Of a stretch of DNA of 64,000 bases, positions 11,153-20,936 are shown piece after piece. How positions within the stretch are numbered: position 1 is the stretch's first letter; each line of letters opens with the position of its first letter. The stretch is from positions 256,001 to 320,000 of the forward strand of contig CAVRAY010000002.1 in the NCBI GenBank assembly GCA_963719225.1, written 5' to 3'. This DNA is from Thermoanaerobaculia bacterium (GTDB lineage: Bacteria > Acidobacteriota > Thermoanaerobaculia > UBA5066). The position numbers were made by a program, and so were the translations under genes. Under the pieces are notes generated by a model, which saw only the letters and a list, made by a program, of their open reading frames with translations, made no database searches and had not been told where the DNA came from.

Positions 11153-12018
11153 CGGCGCGTCGCGTCCGCCCGCGTCGAGGCCGGCTCGCGCGTGACCTTC
11201 GCGTCCTCCACGACGACCGGGTACGCATAGCCGGCACCGAAATCGCGGTCGACGTGAACGACGCCTTTCACGAGGACGACGTCGCCCACGGCCACGCCGT
11301 CCTGGGTCGTCACCGTGAGGTCGTCGTCCTTCTTGTCCCGCGACCCGGACCCGTCCCGAATGTGAATCCAGTTCCGGCCCATGATCGAGGAGTTCGCCTT
11401 GACGACCTTGCCGCGCACGAATACGGTCTTGCCCTTCAGGGACAACCGCTCCGCGAAGACCTGCGCCACGGTGCGCGCATCCTTACCTTCGGCTTTCGCG
11501 ACCACGACATCGCGCACCTCCGGCGGGCCTCCCGCGACCGCCTCGTGCTGTGCGGCCATCTGGGCCTTGAGCGGGGCTTCCGAGGCGGTGCCGTGCGCCG
11601 AAACCGGCGCGGGGACCGCGGCGGCGCCGCTGGCGAGGTTGCCGAAGACGATGTGCTCGAACTTCCGGTTCAGCGTCTTGCTCTCGAACCCGTCCATCGA
11701 CATCGCGTTCACGACGGTGACTCGCTCGCCCTTCTTGACAGACGTCTTCGTCACGGCCGCCCAGGTCTCGCCGCCGTCCGTCTTCAGCCGCAGATACGTG
11801 TAATCGGAGGCGTCGAGCGTCTCCTCGACGATTCCCGACACCGTGGCGGTGGGAGCCTCCGGCGCCTTGGGGACGACTGCGGCCGCGGCCGATCCCTTGA
11901 GCGGGGCCCCGTGGGGGGGAGACTCGGGGACGACCGCGGCGCCGGCGGCCGGTGCGGCGGGTTTCTTTCCGCAGCCTGCGAAAAGGACGAGCGAGAGGAC
12001 GAGAACGGATCGACGCAT
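11149..12018 (-). CDS. Lipoprotein with two OB-folds (NrfJ-like)
   Basis: Lipobox FAGC; [21 protein letters not shown]; [21 protein letters not shown]. Confidence 0.75.
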   Translation of the reverse strand: MRRSVLVLSLVLFAGCGKKPAAPAAGAAVVPESPPHGAPLKGSAAAAVVPKAPEAPTATVSGIVEETLDASDYTYLRLKTDGGETWAAVTKTSVKKGERVTVVNAMSMDGFESKTLNRKFEHIVFGNLASGAAAVPAPVSAHGTASEAPLKAQMAAQHEAVAGGPPEVRDVVVAKAEGKDARTVAQVFAERLSLKGKTVFVRGKVVKANSSIMGRNWIHIRDGSGSRDKKDDDLTVTTQDGVAVGDVVLVKGVVHVDRDFGAGYAYPVVVEDAKVTREPASTRADATRR

Positions 12019-12050
12019 GGAACGGTCTCCTTTTCCGAGCCTCGATCTTG

Positions 12051-12082
12051 ACAGAAGAAGGCCGCCCCGGGAGGGCGGCCTT
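12051..12082 (-). terminator. Probable terminator closing the HybAB/GcvH-like operon
   Basis: 10-bp inverted repeat aaggccgccc (12058-12067) / gggcggcctt (12073-12082) followed by a pyrimidine-rich tract on the minus strand. Confidence 0.6.
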
Positions 12083-12109
12083 GGCGGAAACGGCGCGGAA
12101 CGAGGGCGC

Positions 12110-12829
12110 TCAGGACTCGAGGAAGGAGGATACGGCGCGATGCCATTGATCCTCGGACAGGAGCGCCGGAGGGGGCAGGACGAGCTCGCCGCCGTCCGCC
12201 GCGGCGAGGCCGAGCTCGCCTTCGAGGAAATGCGCGAGGCGCGTCTCGTCGGCGTGGAACCAGGCCCGGGCCTTCGCGCCGGTCGGGAAGCTCTGGTACG
12301 TGTCCGACGCCGGCCGCACCGAGAAGAGCCAGCCTCTCTGGTAGGGCGAGGACTCGACGAGGGACGGGTGCCGCATGACCGACGCGTTCACGGCGACCAC
12401 CGTGCCGGTCACCGGCGAAGGAAGGACCGCCGTTCGGGCCCCGCACGCGACCGTCACCGCCGGCCGTCCGGCGGCCAGCATGCTGCCCGGCTGCGGAAGC
12501 TGGACCCGGGTGACGCCGTGGAGAAGATGTCCCGCGAGTCCGTCGAGTCCCACTCGGAGGCGGCCTCCGGTCTCTTCCAGCCAGGCGTGCGCGGGCGTGT
12601 AGCGGCGCCGCTCCGCGAGAACGAGGCCGTCGACGTCGACGAGGCCGAGGCGGCGCGCCCGGATGCGCCGGAACATCCATGCGGCGGCGCGATACAGACC
12701 CCACCCCGCGAGGATCGGCACGAGGGCGGCGGCAACGAAGGCGAAGAGAAGGAGGGCGCGGATGAGGAGGCCCGCGACGAAGATGACGGCTCCCTCGAGG
12801 ATCGTCAGGAGAGCTTCCATGACGCTCAC
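12110..12829 (-). CDS. Membrane-anchored glycine cleavage H-protein-like protein 2 (no lipoyl-Lys)
   Basis: Long N-terminal hydrophobic segment; YTPAHAWL, VGLD, PSPVTGTVVAVN, PYQRGWLF; C-terminal AADGG; GTGA overlap (ATG alternative at 12820). Confidence 0.85.
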   Translation of the reverse strand: MSVMEALLTILEGAVIFVAGLLIRALLLFAFVAAALVPILAGWGLYRAAAWMFRRIRARRLGLVDVDGLVLAERRRYTPAHAWLEETGGRLRVGLDGLAGHLLHGVTRVQLPQPGSMLAAGRPAVTVACGARTAVLPSPVTGTVVAVNASVMRHPSLVESSPYQRGWLFSVRPASDTYQSFPTGAKARAWFHADETRLAHFLEGELGLAAADGGELVLPPPALLSEDQWHRAVSSFLES

Positions 12830-13173
12830 CTTTCTTTCGGAACGGCGTGGCAGGTGGCGCAATCGTCGAATCCATGCGCGCTCTTGCCGTCGTGGCACTT
12901 TCCGCAGGCGAAGCCCCTTTCCATGTCCTTGTGCTTGAGCTTCGGCGCCTGGGCCTCGGAACGGTGGAGGATCGGGAACAGAGAGGGATGGCAGGTGGTG
13001 CAGTCGGGCCTCGTCTGGTCGACGTGCGACGCATGGCGGAACGTCACGACACCCGGGCTGTCCGTTCCCTGCGGGAATGCGCGGTCTTTCGGAAGGCGGG
13101 GGAGGTTGCCCGCGAGAGCCGCCCCGGCCAGAGAGAGCGCCATGACGAGCACGAGGAGTTTCTTCGGATTCAT
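12826..13173 (-). CDS. Periplasmic triheme c7-type cytochrome
   Basis: Signal peptide; VTFRHASH; three CxxCH (CTTCH, CGKCH, CATCH). Confidence 0.9.
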   Translation of the reverse strand: MNPKKLLVLVMALSLAGAALAGNLPRLPKDRAFPQGTDSPGVVTFRHASHVDQTRPDCTTCHPSLFPILHRSEAQAPKLKHKDMERGFACGKCHDGKSAHGFDDCATCHAVPKER

Positions 13174-13180
13174 GGCGGAC

Positions 13181-13849
13181 TCACTTTCCCTCGAGGAACA
13201 GCCGGGCCAGCTCGTCCCAGTGGTCCTCGTCGAGCGCTCGTGCGATGCCGTGCACCGGCGTCCCGCCGTCCTGCAGGACGACGCCGAGCTGCGGCGTGAG
13301 GCGCTGGGCGAGCTTCGCGGCGGCGGTGTCGAGAAAGCGGCGGGCCGCGTCGCCCGAGAAGAGGTTCTTGAGGTTGCCGGTCAGCCAGCGCGGCTCGACC
13401 TTCATGAGCCAGCCGGCTCCGTAGGGATCGCGCTGCGCCTCCGCCGGATGCGTGCGCACGGCTTCGTTCAGCGCGACGACGTGGCCGTCGACCGGCGAGA
13501 GCACGTCGAGCGGCTGGCCGCCGGCCACGATCGTGAAGGCCTTCTGGCCCTGCCTCACCGGCGCGCCGATCTCGGGGAAACGCACCGTCTCGAGCGGGCC
13601 CACGAGCTTGTGCGCGAAGTCGTCGAGGCCGACCTCCACGGCTCCTCCTTCGGGTCGCGCCCACGTGTGGCCGACGTGAAGGTGGACGCCGTTCGGCACC
13701 TGGAACCAGCCGAAGCCCAGGGCGTGCTCCGGCACCGCCTCCCCCTGGACGAAGCGCCAGAAGGGGATGAAGAGGAGAAGATACGAGATCGCGAGGACGT
13801 ATTCGAGGGCCTTCGCCGCATAAGGGCTCAGGAGTTCGGTTTCGTTCAT
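13181..13849 (-). CDS. Membrane-anchored glycine cleavage H-protein-like protein 1 (no lipoyl-Lys)
   Basis: N-terminal TM; GHTWAR, VGLDDFA, SPVDGHVVALN, DPYGAGWLMKV; C-terminal LQDGG. Confidence 0.88.
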   Translation of the reverse strand: MNETELLSPYAAKALEYVLAISYLLLFIPFWRFVQGEAVPEHALGFGWFQVPNGVHLHVGHTWARPEGGAVEVGLDDFAHKLVGPLETVRFPEIGAPVRQGQKAFTIVAGGQPLDVLSPVDGHVVALNEAVRTHPAEAQRDPYGAGWLMKVEPRWLTGNLKNLFSGDAARRFLDTAAAKLAQRLTPQLGVVLQDGGTPVHGIARALDEDHWDELARLFLEGK

Positions 13850-13865
13850 GGCTCTTTCTCTCCTC

Positions 13866-15095
13866 TCAGTGGGCGCCGCGCCAGTCGGGATGCTCGTGCA
13901 CCACCGGCATGCGGTTCACGATCCAGCGGAAGATCAGGACGCCGATCGTGACGATCGTGAGTGACGTGATGATCTCGCCGGCGCTCGGGACATACCGGTC
14001 CGGGACGTTCCAGTTGAAGGCGATGAGCGAGACGTTGAAGCGGTTGAGGATCACGCCGAGGACCGTGAGAACTCCGGCGATCCGGGCCAGCTTCGCGTTC
14101 TTCTTCCGCGCCGCGAATGCGAAGACGAGCGACGGCAGAAGGACGAAGCCGAGGATCTCGAGGAGATACCAGGCGCCCCAGCCGGTCGCGAGGAGGTCGA
14201 ACCGGCCGCCCGAGACCAGTCCCTGCAGTCGGATGAAGAAGTAGGCGAAGAGCACGATCGCGCCGCCCCGGGACAGAGAGAGCGTGATGCGGTCGAGATC
14301 CACGGGCGCGGCGGGGTCGAGCCGGTCGTGGAACGCGCGGTGTGAGAGCGCGCTCTCCACGACCACCATGCCGATGCCCGCCGCGAGACTCGAGACGAAG
14401 AAGAAGATCGGCAGGAACGGCGAATACCAGAGCGGGTGGAGCTTACCCGGCGTCATGAGGAAGAAGGCGCCGAGCGAGGACTGGTGGAGCGTCGAAAGCG
14501 TGACGCCGATGACGATGATGCCGATCGTGAGCGAGCCGAGGAGCCGGCGCAGCTTCACGAGGCCGAGCCATTCGAGCACCGCGGGAAGGAACTCGAGCCC
14601 GAGCACCATCAGGTACAACATGACGCACCAGCCGACCTCGTACATGACGGCCGTCGTGCCTGGCGTCAGGAAGAACTGGTAGGGCAGCCGCCACGGCTGG
14701 CCGAGGTCCACGACGAGCCCGAAGACGACGAGCGCGTAGCCGAGGAAGCCGGTCAGGATCGCGGGGCGGAGGATCGGCTTGAGCGCTTTCTGGCCGAAGA
14801 TGTAGACCGCGCAGGCGACCGTGTAGCCGCCTGCCGCGAGCGCGACGCCGCACACGATGTCGAAGGCGACCCAGATGCCCCACGGGTTCGTCTGCGACAG
14901 GTTCGTGGCCGCGCCGAGCCCCTTCCAGAACCGGTAGGCCATCGTGGGGATTCCCGCGAGGAGGATCACCGCCGCGAGCGCGTTCGCCGGCGTCACGAGG
15001 CTCTTGACGTAGTCGCGGAACGTCTTCCCGAGAAAGAGGTACTCCCTCATCCAGGGGCCGCCCCAGAACGCAGGTTTCAGGGCTTGCTCAGACAT
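13866..15095 (-). CDS. NrfD/PsrC family membrane subunit (HybB/HmcC-like)
   Basis: TNLSQTNPWGIW, GVALAAGG, DLGQPWR, LSTLHQSSLG, KLHPLWYS; about 10 TM helices. Confidence 0.92.
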   Translation of the reverse strand: MSEQALKPAFWGGPWMREYLFLGKTFRDYVKSLVTPANALAAVILLAGIPTMAYRFWKGLGAATNLSQTNPWGIWVAFDIVCGVALAAGGYTVACAVYIFGQKALKPILRPAILTGFLGYALVVFGLVVDLGQPWRLPYQFFLTPGTTAVMYEVGWCVMLYLMVLGLEFLPAVLEWLGLVKLRRLLGSLTIGIIVIGVTLSTLHQSSLGAFFLMTPGKLHPLWYSPFLPIFFFVSSLAAGIGMVVVESALSHRAFHDRLDPAAPVDLDRITLSLSRGGAIVLFAYFFIRLQGLVSGGRFDLLATGWGAWYLLEILGFVLLPSLVFAFAARKKNAKLARIAGVLTVLGVILNRFNVSLIAFNWNVPDRYVPSAGEIITSLTIVTIGVLIFRWIVNRMPVVHEHPDWRGAH

Positions 15096-15999
15096 GACGT
15101 TCCTCCTGCCTTCCCTCGGCCTCTTTCGCCGCGACCTCGTCGCGACGCTTGCTGAAGGTGTACATGCCCATCAGGAGCGGCGGCCAGAGCGTGATGACGA
15201 AGGGCACGGCCGAGAGCGCGCCGTCGGCGAGCTCCGGATAGGACTTCTTCTCGATGCCCTGGGGAAGGTGCAAGGACTCGAACGGCACGTCGGAGATGTA
15301 GAGCCAGCTCGTGCCGCCCGCTTCGTCCTCGCCGTAGATCTTGTGGACGTACTTTTGCGGGTTCGCGTAGATGCGCGCCTTGGCCTCTTCGAGGAGCTCG
15401 GCGCGCGCGCCGAACTGGAGCGCGCCCGACGGGCAGACCTCCGTGCACGCGGGCACGAGGCCCTTGGCCTGGCGCTCCGCGCAGAACGTGCACTTCTTGA
15501 CGAGCGGCGTCGCGCTCGAAAACTCGTACTTCGGGACGCCGAACGGGCACGCGATCATGCAGTAGCGGCAGCCGAGGCAGCGGTCCGCGTGGTAGACGAC
15601 CGGCCCGGCCGCGGTCTTCTCGAGCGCCCGGACGACGCAGCCGGACGCGCAGGCCGGCTGCACGCAGTGCATGCACTGGGCTTTTGCGAAGCGGTCTTCG
15701 CCGCCGGGGCTCTTCAGGGAGCCCTTCTGGACGACCGTGTAGGCCGTCGGGCTCGTCGCGCGCTTCGACGCGAACACGGTGTCGTCGCCGGGCTTTTCGG
15801 GGCCGGCGAGAACGTTCGCCTCGGCGCAAGCCGCCTCGCAGGCGCGGCAGCCGACGCAGCGCGTCGTGTCCACGAGAACGCCGCGGGCGCCCTTCGCCGC
15901 CGGCACGACGGAAGCACGCGACGTCGCGGCCGCTCCGGCCACCCCGGCCGTGCCGGCCGCGGCTGCGAGCTTGAAGAGAGTCCGGCGATTCAGATTCAT
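15088..15999 (-). CDS. Tat-exported 4Fe-4S protein (HybA/HmcB-like)
   Basis: NRRTLFK Tat motif; CVGCRACEAAC, CMHCVQPACASGC, CLGCRYCMIACP, CTFC..CTEVCP; C-terminal TM anchor. Confidence 0.92.
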   Translation of the reverse strand: MNLNRRTLFKLAAAAGTAGVAGAAATSRASVVPAAKGARGVLVDTTRCVGCRACEAACAEANVLAGPEKPGDDTVFASKRATSPTAYTVVQKGSLKSPGGEDRFAKAQCMHCVQPACASGCVVRALEKTAAGPVVYHADRCLGCRYCMIACPFGVPKYEFSSATPLVKKCTFCAERQAKGLVPACTEVCPSGALQFGARAELLEEAKARIYANPQKYVHKIYGEDEAGGTSWLYISDVPFESLHLPQGIEKKSYPELADGALSAVPFVITLWPPLLMGMYTFSKRRDEVAAKEAEGRQEERHV

Positions 16000-16010
16000 C
16001 GCGGCCTCCC

Positions 16011-16097
16011 TCAGGCCCGGGCCGCGCGGGCCGTGGCGCGGTCGTTGAGGAGCATGAGGAGAACGAACAGGAGCGCGAGGGGAACCGTGGCGATCAT
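16011..16097 (-). CDS. 28-aa hydrophobic small protein
   Basis: MIATVPLALLFVLLMLLNDRATARAARA; ATGA overlap with upstream ORF; strong SD GGAGGGAGGT. Confidence 0.55.
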   Translation of the reverse strand: MIATVPLALLFVLLMLLNDRATARAARA

Positions 16098-16342
16098 GAG
16101 ACCTCCCTCCCGGAGCCTTCCGCCGCCACGGCGGGCGACTCCGTGTACGTGACGTCCGTCCCGAGCCGCCTCACGGCCTCCTGATACAGGGGGCAGTCCA
16201 CGTATCGCGCCGCCTGGCAGGGCCGGGCGGACACAAGGTGGTCGAGGGGCAGCATTTTTTTCGTCGGGCAGGCGTCGCAATAAAGCATCACGACTTCTTT
16301 CAGGAGCGGGCAGGTGTCTGGGGCGTTCGGGGCTTCTCTCAT
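16094..16342 (-). CDS. Cys-rich hypothetical protein (82 aa)
   Basis: CPLLKEVVMLYCDACP...CQAARYVDCPLYQE; first ORF after the sigma54 promoter. Confidence 0.65.
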   Translation of the reverse strand: MREAPNAPDTCPLLKEVVMLYCDACPTKKMLPLDHLVSARPCQAARYVDCPLYQEAVRRLGTDVTYTESPAVAAEGSGREVS

Positions 16343-16360
16343 GGCGACACCCGTCCTAGC

Positions 16361-16375
16361 GCAAGGCCCGAGCCA
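16361..16375 (-). promoter_or_regulatory. Sigma54 (-24/-12) promoter
   Basis: TGGCTCGGGCCTTGC on the minus strand = GG-N10-GC, directly downstream of a sigma54 activator gene. Confidence 0.8.
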
Positions 16376-16400
16376 CCCTGGCGGGGGACCCACGCGGGGG

Positions 16401-16494
16401 TGTCAACTAGTTGTCAGGGAAAGCGTTGCGTCGACCGCGACGGGGGCGCCCGGAGGGCCCGGGTGATGAGTTCCTCAACGGGGCGTTGTTTTTC

Positions 16495-16499
<5 letters not shown>
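16401..16499. promoter_or_regulatory. Putative IHF-like site and tandem enhancer (UAS) palindromes
   Basis: TGTCAACTAGTTG (16401-16413) resembles WATCAA-N4-TTR; GATGAG-TTC-CTCAAC (16465-16479) and GTTGTT-TTT-CTCAAC (16485-16499) offset by 20 bp. Confidence 0.55.
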
Positions 16500-17874
<1,375 letters not shown>

Positions 17875-18417
17875 GAAAGTCTCCGATCTCGTCGGCGTTC
17901 TCGAGGAAGAGGGCCCGGCACGTCTCGCAGAGATCCGGCCGTTTTTGGTCCACGTCTTTCAGGGTCGAGGAGCGCGCCATCGCGCACCGGGGGTTCCGGC
18001 AGTGCAGGAGGCCGAACGTGTGTCCGAGCTCGTGGACGGCTTCGGTCCTGAGGCGCACCCCGAGCCGGGCGGACTCGCCCGGAAGGCCGACGCCGGTCAG
18101 GCGCGCCGTGGATACGACGGCTGCCCGGCCCTTGAGCTGGGCCTCGCCGAACACGAACGTCAGGACCGGAATGAAGAGGTCGGCGTCGGTGAGCCCGAGG
18201 ATGCGCGCGGCGCTCCGCGGCCGCCGAGAAGCGAGCCAGAGGAGCGTGCGATGGGAAGAGTGCTGATTGCGCCGGGCGTCGAAGGCGTCTTCGGGCCCCG
18301 TCGCGGAGAGCTCGAGCCGGGCCGGAGCGCGAAAGACCTGCTCCACGTGCGTGCGAACGCTTTCCAGAAGCTTCTCGTCGGCGTCCGGAGCTCCGATCCA
18401 CCACAGCGCGACCTCGC

Positions 18418-20049
18418 TCACGTCGCCGCGGCGCATGCCGCGCCGTCCTCGGCGAGCGGAAGGCGGATCGTCATCGTCGTTCCGAGTCCGACGCGGCTCT
18501 CCACCTGCATCGATCCGCCGTGCTTCTCGACGATGCCGTAAACGACGGACAGGCCGAGCCCGGTTCCCTTCTCCTTGGTCGTGAAGAATGGGTCGAAGAT
18601 GCGCGAGACGAGCTCGGGCGCGATGCCGGCACCCGTGTCGGCGACGGAGACCTCGACCTCGCGGCTGCCCGAATAGAAATGAGAGGCGAGGGTGAGCGTG
18701 CCGCCATGGGGCATCGCGTCGCACGCGTTGAGCAGGATGTTCATGAACGCCTGCCTGAGCTGTCCGAAGTCGGCGCTCACGGCGCCGGTGCCTTCGACCT
18801 TCTTGACGAGCGTGATGCCCTGGAGCTGCATCTTGTGCTGCGCGAGGGAGAGCGCCTCGTCGAGCGCGCGGAGCGGGTCGATGATGCGCAGGTCGAGGGG
18901 GCGGGCGCGGGCGAAATCGAGGAGGTTGCGCACGATGACCGTGCAGCGCTCGGTCTCGCGCTGGACGAGGGACAGGTTCTTCAGGCAGGCCGCGCGCGTG
19001 GCCTCGTCCGGCGGCCCGCTCTCGAGCATGCGCGTCATGAGGCGCGCGAAGGTCAGGATGCCGGCGAGGGGATTGTTGATCTCGTGCGCGATCGAAGCCG
19101 AGAGCTGGCCCAACGAGGCGAGCTTTTCGCTCCGCGCGAGGACCTCCTGCGCGCTCTTGAGCGCCGCGGTCCGGTCCTCGACCTGGCGCTCGAGATCGTT
19201 CGTGAGGTTCTCGAGCTCGACGCGCGTCTTCGCGAGGGAGGCGTTCATCTCGTTGAAGGAGTTCGCGAGGATCCCGAGCTCGTCCGACGAACGGACCGCG
19301 AGCGTCGCCGACAGATCGCCGTGGCCCACCCGCTGCGTGGCCTCCACGAGCTCTTTGACGGGCCGGAACACGATGCGGCGCGCGACGCCGTTGACGAGGG
19401 CGGCCAGGGCGATCACCGCGAGAAAGGCGCCGCCCGCCATCCGCAGGGACTGGGTGTGCAGGCTCGCGTCGATGTCCTTCAGGGAGATGCCGACGTCCAC
19501 GACGCCGAGGACGCGCTTCTCCCTGGGATGCGCGTGGCAGGACGCTGTCGCGCAGGCGGATTCGTTGTAGATCGGCGTCACCATGCCGAGCACGCGGTGG
19601 TCGCCCGTCGTGAAGAGCCGGCTGCGGGCGGACGTCGTCGGCGCCACGAGCGGCTGGCCCGCGGCGTGGCACGCGGTACACGCCTCGGCGTCCTTGTCGA
19701 CGGAGCCGCCGATGTCGCGGGCGTCCGTCGAGAACATGACGCGGCCTTCCTTGTTGAGGACGCGCACCTTCTCGACGCCCTCGAGACGTCCGATCGACTC
19801 CATGATCCGGTAGACGTCGTGCCGCTTTTCCTCGAGCATGAGATCCCGCGTGCTCGTCGCGATCGTGCTCGAGAACTGCGCGGCGCCCCGCACGACCTCG
19901 CTGATGAGATGCGCCCGCTGGGAGCGGATCGAGAGGAACGCAAACAGCGAGATCGTGGCGAGGGAGACCGCCGCCGCGGCCGCTGTCAGCTTGAATCCGA
20001 GATGCCGGTGGAACGGGATGCCGAACAGGGATTCCTCCAGCCTGAGCAT
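18418..20049 (-). CDS. Sensor histidine kinase with periplasmic c-type heme motifs, HAMP, HisKA, HATPase
   Basis: Two TMs flanking CTACH and CATASCH; HEINNPL; DTGAGI, FDPFFTTK, GTGLGL. Confidence 0.93.
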   Translation of the reverse strand: MLRLEESLFGIPFHRHLGFKLTAAAAAVSLATISLFAFLSIRSQRAHLISEVVRGAAQFSSTIATSTRDLMLEEKRHDVYRIMESIGRLEGVEKVRVLNKEGRVMFSTDARDIGGSVDKDAEACTACHAAGQPLVAPTTSARSRLFTTGDHRVLGMVTPIYNESACATASCHAHPREKRVLGVVDVGISLKDIDASLHTQSLRMAGGAFLAVIALAALVNGVARRIVFRPVKELVEATQRVGHGDLSATLAVRSSDELGILANSFNEMNASLAKTRVELENLTNDLERQVEDRTAALKSAQEVLARSEKLASLGQLSASIAHEINNPLAGILTFARLMTRMLESGPPDEATRAACLKNLSLVQRETERCTVIVRNLLDFARARPLDLRIIDPLRALDEALSLAQHKMQLQGITLVKKVEGTGAVSADFGQLRQAFMNILLNACDAMPHGGTLTLASHFYSGSREVEVSVADTGAGIAPELVSRIFDPFFTTKEKGTGLGLSVVYGIVEKHGGSMQVESRVGLGTTMTIRLPLAEDGAACAAAT

Positions 20050-20111
20050 CCGGGCCTCAGGCGGCGGGTAAATCCCCTATTTGAACTACTCGGGGGTCCC
20101 GGAGGGCCTTT

Positions 20112-20474
20112 TCAGCCCTCTTTTCTGGGAATCAGGACCCAGGAGAGGAGGGTCGAGACCACGGAGATGAGGAGCGCCCCGAGAAAGGCCGGAACGAAGC
20201 CGTCCACGCTGAAATCGATTCCCAGGCCGCGTCCCACCCAGGCCGCGAACATGAGCATGAGGGCGTTCAGGACGAACGTGAACAACCCCAGCGTCAGCAG
20301 GATGATCGGGCAGCTCACGAGCGTCAGGAACGGCCTTACGAGGGCGTTCACGAGGCCGAACACGAGGGCCAGCGCGAGGACCGAGCCGATTCCGCCTGCG
20401 TGGATCCCCGGCACGAACGTGGCGGCTGCCCAGAGGGCGGCGGCGGTGATGAGGATGTGAAGGATGGTTCTCAT
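20112..20474 (-). CDS. 4-TM holin-superfamily IV / YvlD-like membrane protein
   Basis: GLVNALVRP..LLTLGLFTFVLNA motif. Confidence 0.85.
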   Translation of the reverse strand: MRTILHILITAAALWAAATFVPGIHAGGIGSVLALALVFGLVNALVRPFLTLVSCPIILLTLGLFTFVLNALMLMFAAWVGRGLGIDFSVDGFVPAFLGALLISVVSTLLSWVLIPRKEG

Positions 20475-20498
20475 GGCGGTCCCGATACAATCGCACAG

Positions 20499-20930
20499 AT
20501 GACCGAACAAAAATACCGCCAGCGCGGCTACCGCGAGAGCGATCGTTCAGGGAGCCGCGGCTCTTCCGGCCCCTCCGGCCGGCCGGCACGCATGGAAGGG
20601 GCGCCGAAGGGGCGCGGCGCCGAGCGCAACCGGGACGAGGTGTTCCGCTGCAAGACGTGCAGCGAGAAAAACGATCCCGAGGTCGGCCTCGAATCGGTGT
20701 GCCGGAAATGCGGCGCCGCGCTCCACGCGTGCGCGCAGTGCCGCTTCTTCGACGGCGCCGCGCACTGGCAGTGCCGGCAGGACATTCCCGCTCCGGTCCT
20801 GGCGAAATCGAAGGGGAACACCTGCACGTTCTACGCGCCGACCGTGTCGCTCGATCTCACCGGAACGAAATCCGCCGACTCGCCGGACCAGGCGCGGTCG
20901 GCCTTCGATCGTCTCTTCGGGAAGCGCTAG
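20499..20930 (+). CDS. Cys-rich (probable Zn-binding) hypothetical protein
   Basis: KYRQRGY N-terminus; CKTC, CRKC, CAQC, C, C; ARSAFDRLF C-terminus. Confidence 0.75.
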   Translation: MTEQKYRQRGYRESDRSGSRGSSGPSGRPARMEGAPKGRGAERNRDEVFRCKTCSEKNDPEVGLESVCRKCGAALHACAQCRFFDGAAHWQCRQDIPAPVLAKSKGNTCTFYAPTVSLDLTGTKSADSPDQARSAFDRLFGKR

Positions 20931-20936
20931 GAAAGC

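Noticed and set aside
12110-13849. Glycine cleavage system or sHdr/LbpA sulfur-oxidation locus
   Set aside because: No lipoyl-Lys, and no gcvP/T/L, lipoate ligase or hdr genes in the window.
13866-15999. Hydrogenase-2 operon
   Set aside because: No small or large [NiFe] subunits or hyp maturation genes adjacent.
20112-20474. Holin-family gene as a prophage marker
   Set aside because: This family is common in chromosomes, and no phage genes are nearby.
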